Of a stretch of 64,000 bases of DNA, positions 1 to 10,773 are shown in pieces. Within the stretch, counting starts at the first letter, position 1. Every line of letters begins with the position of its first letter. Origin of the DNA: Balanoglossus misakiensis (Eukaryota; Animalia; Hemichordata); NCBI GenBank assembly GCA_040954595.2, contig CM082576.2, positions 4,128,760 through 4,192,759 of the forward strand. The letters run 5' to 3'. Made by a program: the position numbers and the translations under genes. The notes beneath the pieces were generated by a model. It did no database searches. It was not told the DNA's origin and was given only the letters and a program-made list of their open reading frames with translations.

Positions 1-101
1 GGTGGCAATGGCATATCTGTGGAGGAGAGACCAGGAAGAATTGTTATTGGAAATGATTGCATGTCAGGTTAAAGCCATTGTTATCAAAGTGGCAGCCCTT
101 G
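1..101 (+). CDS. DPH6: DPH6 exon (partial): VAMAYLWRRDQEELLLEMIACQVKAIVIKVAALG
   Basis: Frame starts at base 2; donor G|GTAAGA at 102; matches the Dph6 ATP-binding domain. Confidence 0.93.
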
Positions 102-3100
102 GTAAGAAAAGTAATTAACTTCAGAGTTGTTGCCCATTAGTGCTGCCATGTAGAAAATGTGTACGTTCATGATTGAAATGATAGAAAGTATAGCGAGCCA
201 TAATTTAGGACATTTTGGATCAGAATAAGGGTAAGGATTAGGATTTAATGATATCAGAACATCTACATATAGAAGAATGAATAAGAGTTAATAAAACACA
301 GGTACAAGTATCATTGGTATGCATTGTACATGTTCATGACTAGCTATTGGTGCTGTTTTAGTGTTTATTAAATAAGTACCAAAGAAAAACCTCCTTTATC
401 TCACTAATAACATTCTGTACATGTTGAACAAAATTAGCAGCTCATGGGGCTTTACTGTATATGTTTCAATGTCTAGGATTGGAACCATCAAAACACCTCA
501 GCAAGACCATAGAAGAAATCTATCCTCACATGGTTGACATGGTAAGTGGTTCAAGCTGTCAAAATAAGCAAGCTCTTTTTTTATCTCACCCTTGTCATGC
601 AAAAAATGGACCTGACACAGTTTACACTTTCATTTACAAGATCATTTTGTAAAGTTCTGGGCTTTTTTACTGTTTCAGAAACTGAAATATGGTTTAAATG
701 TGTGCGGGGAAGGTGGCGAGTATGAAACGTTCACTCTTGACTGTCCGTTATTCAAGAAGAAAATTGTAGTGTGAGTATTAAAAAACGTCTCAATAACACT
801 TTTTTTCCTTGGTTAAAGGGACATCAGTTGTAGTTACCTTTTTCATTATTTTTGTTATGCATATTTTTGAGCATCCTGGATTATATTTGTTGCTCATTGG
901 TCTCATGAATTTTTTTGATCAATTTTTTTTGTCATACACATGTAGGTACGAGTCTCAGACAGTGCTACATTCGGACAATTCAGTCACACCAGTAGCCTAC
1001 CTGAAACTGAAAAATATTGGTTTGGAAGAGAAACCTTGGGTGAGTACATGTAGATCACAGTGCAATATGATACATAGAACAACAATACTGGAAATACAGC
1101 TAATGTCCCTTTAAATAACCCTGTCTTTCTTATTCCCAGGACCCAAACCAAGACATGAAAGACAGACTACTGAGACTTCCAATGAAGAGAGGCTTCACTT
1201 TGATGAGTGAACTTTCCAACTGTGGTCAAATGTCACAACGTGTTGTGTCCAGCATCACACCACAATGGACTCCAGTGTTCAAAGTGAAACAACCACAGTT
1301 TCCAGGTTTGTATGCGGTGAAGCTCTGTTACCGCGTCTCTGAATATGTGCATGTTTGGATTTCTTTGACTCTAATTTCAGTGACCCAGACTACAGAATTT
1401 ATCGATTTTGCTCAGAATGATTTTTTTTTGTCATTTCTGGGGGGTCATTTTTGGATCAACAAGTTTTTCCAAGTACAAATGTTTACTTTAGCAAACATTT
1501 AGTGGGCTGTGAGTTTTCTTAACATTATGAGGCTTTCCATTTCAGCTGTGGTTCAACCGAGGGTGGTATGTGAGGATAACCAGACCGGTCACCTGTGTGT
1601 GTCAGGGATCAGTGCTTCTGGAAACGCAAGTACAGAAGATGGTATCAAAGATCTTGTGAAAACAGCCATGGAGAAACTCAAGGGTGAGATAATTTTTCCG
1701 TTTTGTAATGCTCAATTGGTAAGGACGACATGCCAAATAAAGTTTCAAATATTTCACTCATAAGGGTACATTTGTACATGCATGTACTATAGTTCTCCTG
1801 AGAATCATATTGTGTTTTTCTACAGACTAAGAGTGATACATATGTATTTTATTTCTACAGGTGCATTAGATAAACATGGCATGGAGATGGCTCACATCTT
1901 TCTGGTTCATCTGTACCTAAAAGACATGTCCAAGTTCAAAGACATCAACTCTGTTTACTGCCAGTACTTCTCTCTGAACCCACCAGCAAGGTAAAGTGTA
2001 TGCTAGCTGACATTTGCCAGTTTGGTGCGGTCGCTGCGCGATTCGTGCAAGATGGCCTGCATCAGATGGTTGGAAATGCTAAAGGATTTGTTCTTTTTTT
2101 TTTTTGAGGGGAGTTTCAACATCCAACAAGCATGGAAATTGTAACATATGCTGCATCAGCCCTTATGGTTGAGTGATTCACTGAGATCGTCCATTCAGCA
2201 CCGGGCCACCATACTGTTTTATGTGTAGCTACAGGAATTAAAAGTCAGCACAATTGGGGTCGAACCATCTCTGCTTTTTTCTCTCTCACAGGGTATGTGT
2301 CCAAGTTGACTTGCCCAGTGATACATTGTTACAGATAGACTGTCACGCATACAAGCCACTGACCTCATTGACCACTTCAGACCATCCCAGCCCATCCGCC
2401 AGGACCACCATGCATGTCCAGAGTCTGTCTCACTGGGCACCTTCTAACATTGGGCCGTACAGTCAGGCGACTCAGGTAGGAATAAGGTAGCTTGACCCTT
2501 TCACCCCCAGTTCCCTCTATAGAGGTCTACCAACCTTACCATAGAAAACATTGGGTTTGGACTGAACCTTGGTGGTGAAAGGGTTAAGGTGCAGATATTG
2601 TATTTCATTTATTAATATATTAGTATATAACACTTGAATATGACAGACGTTAACTCTTCTAATTTCAAGCAGTAAAATGAAAATTGGCATAATTATTGAA
2701 CTTTTCTAATTGGTGAACATAAATTTAGCTTTGGTAATATTGGTGTATGCCTAGCAAAATTGATTGCCTATTACCTACTTGGATATACATGAACATGTAG
2801 TAATTACTACGGGAACATCTGTCAGGATAACATCATGTCACCCAGTTGTCAATCAGTTTGATTGTCTATTTTTTTCAGATTGGGAATGTTTGCTTTGTGG
2901 CTGGGCAGATTGGATTGTGCCCTGCCAGCATGGAGCTGATAGAGGGGGGTATTTGTGCTCAATCCCGATTGGCTGCTCGGAGTGCCAAACGAATATTGGC
3001 TGCCATGCACCCCAGGTTGGATCTGAGCTCAGCCATGCAAGTGGTATGCTACCTGACTGATGCCAAATTCATACCTATTGCCAAGATGGAGTGGCAACGC

Positions 3101-5203
3101 CAAGTGGAACTCTCAGAAATGGTATGCAAGATGGAAACCTGTTTCCTGCGAAACAGCTAGACATGGATCGTTTTAACATTATAGAGAAATCCATCGGATA
3201 TGTTGACATGCGGCTAAAAACACAGTGATGAATATTTGGTAGAAATTCATCCAGTGTGCATGTCTCCCAGGAAATATTAAATTTCCACAACCATAAATAA
3301 TGAAGGAAGGGGGGGGGGAGGTGTCATAAATAACTAAAGGGGAAGGGTTATTGTTGAACCTGAGACAGTGACTCAAAAGAGACTGTTGTTGGCAATTCGG
3401 AATTAGTTCATTCCATTGTTTTCTGGTTAAGTATAATATTTTGCAAATCCAGTCATTCACCGTGTATTGAGAATTCATTTGATCTTTTATTCAACATCTT
3501 TTTTTTTTAAACTCAAAATTGTATGTGGCTTGACCCATTGACAGACAGTGTATGTAAGCCTTTAATACCAGTAAACAATGATGCACTTTATATAAAGCAT
3601 GGTAAACACAGTTCTATTATGAGTGAGTGTGACTGGCCACCATATGTTCATATCAAAAATAATGGTGATGATTTCATTACAGATGAACGGTTACAACAGC
3701 AACACTGATACAAGTCCCGGACTGATGACTTATGTGGTGGTACCGATTTTACCCAAGAATGCACTGGTGGAGTGGCAGGTTGTTGCTCACACGGAAAAAC
3801 AATGGTGGCAGTGTAAGTCTAAACTCAAGGGAGGGGTCTATCCCCCAGTTCCCAAATTGCACAGAAACAATTAAAGTTAAAAACCTGCAACCAAGTTACA
3901 ACTTAAATGAGGCTAGCATATGTGAGTATTAATAATTGTACAGATTTATATTCTGGTTTTCAGCTGATATTTATTTTATTTTTTTGCAGATTCTAAACAC
4001 AGTATCCGAGACTGGAGTGACCACAAAATTGTCTGTGAAAGCTGTTTTAGTTTACAAGACTCTGTTGGTGCAATGCAACTCTCATTGGGTCAGTGTTTAA
4101 CCCCCCAAAAAACTCTCCAGTATCATTATGTTATTTTGCATTGCGTGTTGAGTTCACATAGTACACGCCAATTATATTGTAGCATCCATATTGCTCTTCC
4201 AGATGTTTCACCCTCGGTCAATCAGTGTTTTACCCTTCTTTTCATATAGTTAATAGGAAGCTGTTTTCGTTTCCCAGAGCAGATGTCTTTTTCAGCATGA
4301 AGGATCTGTGAGTGAATGGTTGTTGAATCACAGTGCTACATGAGTATGTCAGGAGACAAATGTCACCCAGATTTTGAATAGATTATGACAGCACAAAACT
4401 ATGTGTGCAGAAACCATATTTTCCCTTTGTCTTTCATTCTTTTGTTATGGATTGTTTAAGCCCTTTTATATACCCGTAATCACCTCTCTCTGACCCAGAA
4501 TTCAAGTTGTCATTGGTGAAGAATGAAAAAAAATTCAGACAGTAAAAATTTCGTGCATGAAGTGTTTTCTGTATGACGAAACAATGAAATTATTTTTACT
4601 TGTGTGCACAGTCCTCAGTTACAACTAACTGTCCCCAAAAGGTGAGACTGTACTTTTTCAATCTAATTGTAATTCTACTGTGTTGTTGTAATTCTTCCAC
4701 AAACAGAAATTGGCAACGAAGACGAAACCATTGATCTCAAGGAAACACTTGACAAACTCTTAGATGTGGTGTGGAAGAAAGGGTTGCCATGGAAACAGAT
4801 GGTGATGATGAGGGTGTTTTATCGCAGTGATGTACTTAGCCACAGTGATTTACACACAGGTGGGTGAACTTGTGAATTGTGACGATCGATGTGCGAGAGT
4901 TATTTCTACCTGTAGACTAATAGTTTGTGGAAACGGTTGTGTTTTCATGTAAAGCCTGAGCTTATTTAGTTTTGCCATTGGATCCAGATTGGCTGGCTGT
5001 AGGCAGTGTGTGAGCATTCAGGCATCCCCCCCCCCCCACACACACACACATTTTAATACTTGTGTTCAACCTTTGTCATCTTCACAGCTTTGGAAGACTG
5101 CCTGGAACACATGGACGAGAGAGTGGCTGCGTTTAGCCTGGTGCCGGTCAAGGAACTGGCAGGGAGGGCGATACTCACAGCATGCTGCTGGTGGCAAGAA
5201 TGA
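1..5203 (+). CDS. DPH6: Diphthine--ammonia ligase (diphthamide synthetase) with C-terminal RidA/YjgF-like domains; 5'-truncated by the window, 13 exons visible
   Basis: Exons <1-101, 477-541, 679-770, 946-1039, 1140-1305, 1546-1683, 1861-1990, 2292-2475, 2879-3121, 3683-3812, 3990-4088, 4707-4859, 5088-5203 join with GT-AG introns in consistent phase (1710 nt from base 2; 569 aa + TGA). Family motifs AYLWRRDQEELLLEM, IKVAALGL, CGEGGEYETFTLDCPLFKKKI, HVQSLSHWAPSNIGPYSQA and LPKNALVEW are present. Confidence 0.95.
477..541 (+). CDS. DPH6: DPH6 exon: (G)LEPSKHLSKTIEEIYPHMVDM
   Basis: Acceptor TCTAG, donor G|GTAAGT; phase 1 to 0. Confidence 0.92.
679..770 (+). CDS. DPH6: DPH6 exon: KLKYGLNVCGEGGEYETFTLDCPLFKKKIV
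   Basis: Acceptor TTTCAG, donor GTGAGT; contains the GEGGEYET signature. Confidence 0.96.
946..1039 (+). CDS. DPH6: DPH6 exon: YESQTVLHSDNSVTPVAYLKLKNIGLEEKPW
   Basis: Acceptor TGTAG, donor GTGAGT; the PVAYL motif marks the end of the catalytic domain. Confidence 0.9.
1140..1305 (+). CDS. DPH6: DPH6 linker exon: DPNQDMKDRLLRLPMKRG...QPQFP
   Basis: Acceptor TTCCCAG, donor CAG|GTTTGT; open frame, phases compatible with neighbours. Confidence 0.82.
1546..1683 (+). CDS. DPH6: DPH6 exon, start of first RidA-like domain: AVVQPRVVCEDNQTGHLCVSGISA...AMEKLK
   Basis: Acceptor TTTCAG, donor G|GTGAGA; phase 1 to 1. Confidence 0.85.
1861..1990 (+). CDS. DPH6: DPH6 exon, RidA-like domain 1: GALDKHGM...VHLYLKDMSKFKDINSVYCQYFSLNPPAR
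   Basis: Acceptor CTACAG, donor AAG|GTAAAG; YjgF-type YLxDMxxFxxINxVY..F..PPAR pattern. Confidence 0.93.
2011..2236 (+). ncRNA. Candidate intronic structured RNA (H/ACA snoRNA/scaRNA-like) in a DPH6 intron
   Basis: Hairpin 2011-2078 is followed by an ANANNA match (AAAGGA, 2081-2086). Hairpin 2150-2229 has TGAG in its apical loop and is followed by ACA (2231-2233). Pairings were read by eye. Confidence 0.35.
2292..2475 (+). CDS. DPH6: DPH6 exon: VCVQVDLPSDTLLQIDC...MHVQSLSHWAPSNIGPYSQATQ
   Basis: Pyrimidine tract plus CACAG acceptor, donor CAG|GTAGGA; conserved HVQSxSxWAPxNIGPYSQ motif. Confidence 0.95.
2492..2587. mobile_element. About 95-bp MITE, piggyBac-like ends (TTAA-CCCTTTCACC...GGTGAAAGGG-TTAA), copy 1
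   Basis: Reads TTGA CCCTTTCACC ... GGTGAAAGGG TTAA; related copies at 11815, 45401 and 48687. Confidence 0.75.
2879..3121 (+). CDS. DPH6: DPH6 exon, RidA-like domain 2: IGNVCFVAGQIGLCPASMEL...VELSEM
   Basis: Acceptor TTTTTCAG, donor ATG|GTATGC; AGQIGL motif; 81 codons. Confidence 0.93.
3683..3812 (+). CDS. DPH6: DPH6 exon: MNGYNSN...YVVVPILPKNALVEWQVVAHTEKQWWQ
   Basis: Acceptor TTACAG, donor GTAAGT; LPKxALVE YjgF C-terminal motif. Confidence 0.92.
3990..4088 (+). CDS. DPH6: DPH6 exon: YSKHSIRDWSDHKIVCESCFSLQDSVGAMQLSL
   Basis: Strong T-tract plus GCAG acceptor, donor G|GTCAGT; 99 nt, phase 1 to 1. Confidence 0.8.
4707..4859 (+). CDS. DPH6: DPH6 exon: EIGNEDETIDLKETLDKLLDVVWKKGLPWKQMVMMRVFYRSDVLSHSDLHT
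   Basis: Acceptor AAACAG, donor CAG|GTGGGT; 153 nt, open frame. Confidence 0.82.
5088..5203 (+). CDS. DPH6: DPH6 last coding exon: ALEDCLEHMDERVAAFSLVPVKELAGRAILTACCWWQE*
   Basis: Acceptor TTCACAG; phase-1 entry reads to TGA at 5201-5203. Confidence 0.82.
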
Positions 5204-5924
5204 AGAGAGGGAACCCCCCCCCCCTTCCCGGCACCCACACCCCCAGCAGAGTCGCACCACTCTTGCAAGGGAGGGTGAGGTCAACAAGGTTGAGACACCC
5301 ACCCTACCCCACCCCCACCCCAACCGCCTACCTGCAAACCCTACCGTGACAATGACAGCTGTTCTCCGGCAAAAAAAAAACTTTCTGGGTGATGTTGTCA
5401 AAGGATTGCCGGAAGTCCTTTATTAATCTGTATGCATACTGTGCCTTTCCCTCATGGGATATATATAATTTTCTGCAGCATTCATTCATTATGTTTTCAT
5501 TCAGTCTGCTGACATAGGTGTGAGCCCTCCAGTAATTGCTCATGACGTGGCAATGATAACATCCATAATGTTGGTATCTATTTGTGATAGATTCTTAATG
5601 ACTTCTGTTAATAATGAGGACTGGAATTTCCTGGGGCCCCTTGCAGAATTGATTTATCCTGTCTGGCCATGATGAGACAAATACCACATCTCATAAATGT
5701 CACTGCCACATTGTAACAACCATTTCAGTTAGCTGTTAATTTTTTGACGTGTTCTCTGCTATTCCCATGGAATCTTTAGCAAAAAGGGAACTTTCAATTT
5801 TCACTTTGATTTGTCTCTTGATTTGAATACTAATACTATGATAAAGTCTTAAATTGGATTTAGTGCAAATAGCGTTTTCTTCCTCTGCTTTCTGTAATGC
5901 TTAATTTATAATAGATCCAATGCA

Positions 5925-5930
5925 AATAAA
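5925..5930 (+). promoter_or_regulatory. Probable DPH6 polyadenylation signal
   Basis: AATAAA about 720 nt after the stop, followed by GT/T-rich sequence (TTTGACTTGTGTTTG). Confidence 0.55.
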
Positions 5931-6096
5931 GCTGTATTTTGATTTAGTTTGACTTGTGTTTGACCCGTGTTTCTGTGACTGTGCGGCCACTAGCTGGAAG
6001 AGCTGAATTCACATGCATTGCCTTACGCACATGTAAGTGATCTACGGTCGATGTGTGAAACACGGTCGGATCAGATAACTTTTGACCACGCCCACC

Positions 6097-6176
6097 ACCC
6101 TCCAAACCGGACCACTGTACAAACCAGACAGATTTCTCAGTCCGTTCAGAGTTCGGTTTTGACAGGTTTTACTGTA
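6097..6176. mobile_element. One terminus of a Tc1/mariner-type non-autonomous element
   Basis: Ends ...CGGTTTTGACAGGTTTTACTG-TA, i.e. TA-CAGTAAAACCTG on the - strand, with internal AAACCGG/CGGTTT subrepeats. The other terminus was not found. Confidence 0.45.
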
Positions 6177-7002
6177 TATACATATCTGAAAATAGGGCAG
6201 ACTATTTCTAGTCATACTTCCCTCAAACTACAGTTTGACACTGTGTGTGTGTGATATCATAAAACTAAAATGCACACATCATGGCAGACGTAGATCCCGT
6301 CACCCGTATTATCCGGACGCGGTTTATTGCACACAACTTCCTCACTGCAAATAAAGATAGAAGCCATCGTCATAAATCAAGGTTTGTTTTTCCTCCACAT
6401 TTCCTTGTTCCTAATAATCTGCTCTTCAGGTCACTGGAGATAAGCATTTATTTCTATTTTCTTCGACATGGACCCTAATGAAATTTCTTTGAATTACGCC
6501 CTCTATAGGGCTAGTTATACTTTGCGAAACAACGTTGTTTCGCATAGGCCAAGAGATTGGATGCAGTATGTCATTCTGGCCACACGTGGCGGGCTTTCAC
6601 AGCACAAGAGTAATTTCAGAATACTAGTAATCATGTGATATTACCAATGTGTGTGTCACCTACATTTAAATGCAATTTTTAGTAATCACATTCAAGTACT
6701 AGCCAATCTAAATTTGAAAGTATAAAAATCATGAAAATACTGCGAAAAAGTGGTGGCTCGTTGGGCTTTAAAGTGTGAGGCGAGCAGGTGTACAAGAACG
6801 CAAACAGGATAATTTCATTCCAAATGCCCCCTGGCACACATGTTGGAACTTGCAATTGCTCACTTCAAGGGCAAAATGAAGAGTTATAAAACATTTCCTG
6901 CAATATACGGTACATGTATCTCAAATAATAACTCACTCACTCACTCACACATGGTTTGTAACTGAGTAAAGACACGTCACACACTCTGTGGGATTGGAAG
7001 TT

Positions 7003-7025
7003 TTTATTCCCATTTTTGTTTTATT
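7003..7025 (-). promoter_or_regulatory. Probable NCX polyadenylation signals (implies a 3' UTR of about 3.4 kb)
   Basis: Two AATAAA hexamers on the - strand (7020-7025, 7003-7008) followed by GT-rich downstream sequence including (GTGA)n near 6932-6950. Confidence 0.45.
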
Positions 7026-10000
7026 TGTGCAGCACACAGACAAACATACCTCCTTATCTACACTAAAAATGACCCCATAAATTGACAGGAATATTGAAGT
7101 AGGATAAAGGTAGCATTGTTAGGAAAAAAGAGGTAGTCTGGATTTATGGGCAAATATAGATACTGTATATTTGAAATCTCTTTGTTCTTGTTTTCCGTGC
7201 AGTTGTTCGTATCTTAAGTGAATTGACTGTTAAAGACTTATTTTCCAGGAAAAACCATGGCATATTTTTGTACTTTCAAATCCAGCTGCCCATGAGCCTG
7301 TTGTTGTCAAACGCTTTGCCACAAGCGATGTCTACATTCTGCTACAGGTAAGGTCAAAGGTCACAAGCAGTAGCTCTGGTCGTGCCTGGCACTGATTGGC
7401 CTACGACAAAGAAGTTTGCAGAGAGAGAGAGAAAGGTTAAAAAGCTATAAACACAGCATTATTTTGTGAAACTGGCAAATGAGACCACCAGCCAGAACAA
7501 ATCAAAGGGTTGTTCTTGATGTTACGCATCTTGTATTAATTGCTGCCTTGTTAGATAATTATCTTACATTTCGTTTTATTGCCTTGAAGGAACTCTATCG
7601 TCATCTATGTTTTATCGTCAACAAAAGCTTATAACAGCCAAAAGCAAAGTCTACAAGCAGACTCGCAGTGTGCTATCAACACACTGGTACAAATAAGGCT
7701 AAAAATTCTGGAAAAAAAACATTACACAGACAATGAAAGACATGTTTTCTGGTGTTTGAAGTGTCATAATGTCACAATCACTCTGTTGGTGTTCCGTTGA
7801 CAAAAGTTAAAGACAAAGTCACTAAAAAGTTTACGCTAAAATGGTAACATATTATCTACAGCCTACACAAATTTTTAGGTCGGTGCCAGAATATCAAATT
7901 TCTTAATTTTTTTGTCAAATAAATTTCCCCAATAAACCAGTACACTGAATCGCTATCAAATGAGAGAGCTCTCAGTATCCGAGAGGCTCTGTGAAAACTC
8001 TTATTTTTTTTTTTTTACTCTTTTATGCACTGAATTGTAGAAAGACTTTCAACTTATACACATATTTTATAATACACCATAACGTTTGACAGAACAGCCA
8101 GCTCAGGTGATTCCAAGTCATGATTTCTGGGAGTTTATTAAAACATATACAATGTAATCGTCAAAATCACTTTTCACTGTAACGTCAGAACCACGCTGGG
8201 TTATCGGTAATTCTTTGTTTGCCACTGTGGTTGTTGTACCAAGTGAAGGCTATTTACAGGCAACATCAACATTAAAAGCATGTAGGAATCATAGGCATGT
8301 TAATATTATATCATAAAGTATCACTGACGGTTGAAAATTGTTGAACTTTTTTTAAAATTTTCACTAAGTGTGTATTATAATCTTCGTGCTACAAATGAAT
8401 GACTTTGCACACTTTACCCAGAAACATTGAGATGGTGAAAAAACATGAACATGAGGGGTACTGATGGAGGTCAAGTGAGCTCCCTCAAGCATGCGAAGAT
8501 TGCTTACGGTGTCAATAAGCTACATGTACACACATTTGCAGATTTACAGGTGTAACTGATATGGGTGGGGATGACAAAAACATCAACCGGACAGACGTAT
8601 ACACGTTGTACATGACCTGTCTAGGCAAGCTGATATTAAAACACGCACCCAGGTTTTTAAATGAAACTACGGAAAAGCTACACCGATTTTTGGTGAAGTT
8701 GTTCACTAGAATCTGCAAGGATGAAAAGGCCACGGCAAAACGGGGTGACGAAGAGGGTGTTAATGAAAAAGTATGCAATGTACAAACAGAATGGGGATTG
8801 GTGAAAAATACACGTATGCCAAAATTGGAATAAAACCACAATCAAAACACAATCAACATTATTTATCATTATTACTATTCAATCACAACATCTCAAATTG
8901 AGTCTATTCTACGAATATATTTACAAAAAAATTATTGATTTTTTTCTTAAGTCACTGTAAAGATGAAATTGAGCACCATACTACCACTAAGTTTATCTGG
9001 CTATTGTTAACCTAATCTAATTCTATACCAGAAATAGCATTATATACATACATTTTTTTTTCTTTTCCAGTAATGGTTCTTATTCTCTATATGCAGTAGG
9101 GTGAACAAAAATAAGTGCAAAATAAATAGTGGGAGGTGTGCTGTGGATAGGATGCAAAATATCTTTTATAACAGTAGACTGCAGCTAACTATGTGCAAGG
9201 GGGAATACATTAGGTGACTGCTGCAAGTGCCTCAGCAAATGCAGAGCTTTTGTAGTTGTTAGTAGAGTATAATTACGTTAATCCAAAAAAATCTATGTGA
9301 ACTTGTGTCAAATACTTCTGGCGATCAGCCTCACGTGTAATATACTAAGCTAAAGGTCACTATCATAAATTCTAATACTACTATAGTTCTACAGTTTAAT
9401 TGGAACTTACAGGTCGGCATAAAAAAATTATAGTCTGTACTAATTCGGCTTTAAAAACGATCCATACACCTTTCCACAAGTTAAATCAACAAAAAAGTAT
9501 AGAAATATTGCACATAATGATTACAATCTGTAAAATGTTATGTAAGATCATTTGTTGTGTTTTTTTTGTGTGTGTTGTAATCTGCATCACTGATGGAAAT
9601 CACAATTGCGACTTGTGTTTATCCATACTCGGGGTTACAAATCACATTCTAACAGGGGGGGGGGGGGGTTACATGCTTACTGTTGAGAGAAGTGGCAATA
9701 TGCTAAATGGATATAAACAGACACTAAACAAAATCAACTAAATATTACACTGAATTAATTTTCGATTCGAAAGGGAGGGGTGATCGGCACAGTTGGGAGC
9801 TAAACTGTTGAAGTATACAAGTCTCGTTCTAGTCTGTATCTGTTTACTAGTTTCTACAGTATTTGCTGTGGGCTTCTTTTGATGAAGCATCAGCCATCCA
9901 AGTGTTGTTCTCCCTCTCTCTGACACTGGAGGCGAACGAATCTTCCAAGTTGTGCTAATTATTGACACAGCTGGATTTTGTGTGGCTTCTATGAAGTCAG

Positions 10001-10390
10001 CGAGAAGCTGGGCCCCATTAATACAATTCAGCCTAGAAAATCATTACGTATGAAAAGATGTGTTCTGATTGTTTAGAAAATGTGGTATCCCCACAACAAA
10101 TACTACTGTTTTATCGTTAGTCATTTGTTAATCGAAATTCAACTTATGTTAAAATCTAAACTGCTTGTTGTTGTTGTTGTTGTTATTGGATCATCTCTTG
10201 CCGCCCTGAATTTATTTTTTTACATATCATGTTGCATCAGGACCCCAGAACATATGGCCACCACCATCTCCCCCCTCCCTGGGGAGGGAGCCAGTTAATA
10301 AAAACCAGGAACACGGCCCGACAACATCTGGATGCCAGTACGTCACCAGGTGGACGATTGGGAAGTGACACCTGATGGGTGATGGCGCTT

Positions 10391-10773
10391 TTAGAATCCC
10401 TCGATGTAACAGTAACTCTCAAACGACGACAGCAGCAGATAGAGAAGCCACAGACACACCAGGAAGGCCGCGCTCAAGGTCTTACTCAACTTGGAGCCTC
10501 CCAGCTCTCCCCCGAACACGGACGTCATCTGCCTCCTGACCATCAGGAAGATGATGGTGATGACGGCAAAAATGGTGAAGATGGTGACGGAGAAGGCCAA
10601 CGAGCCCGTCGACACCCTGAAGTCCTCTCCTTTGGCCGCCCAGTAGATGGCCGCAACTGACCAGGCCAAGCCGATGCCCAGAAAGACGTTGACCGCATTA
10701 CTGCCCGTCACATTGCCCACCGAAGCGTCTGCGTACTTATCCCCGACAGCGGCCACTTTGCTAGCAAACGTGT
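10391..10773 (-). CDS. NCX: NCX last coding exon: DTFASKVAAVGDKYADASVGNVTGSNAVNVFLGIG...ESYCYIEGF*
   Basis: Acceptor TTTTTCTCAACAG; canonical NCX C-terminal transmembrane helices. Confidence 0.97.

Noticed and set aside
3224-3363. C/D-box snoRNA candidate (GTGATGA...CTGA) in a DPH6 intron
   Set aside because: There is no terminal stem, the interior contains poly-G, and I could not recognise an antisense element.
4989-5426. 145-aa Pro/His-rich ORF
   Set aside because: It is an off-frame reading across the last DPH6 exon and C-rich low-complexity UTR.
8561-8833. 90-aa + strand ORF and overlapping - strand ORFs
   Set aside because: They lie in the presumed NCX 3' UTR, with no recognisable domain or splice context.
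10379-10660. 93-aa + strand ORF
   Set aside because: It is the antisense shadow of the last NCX exon.
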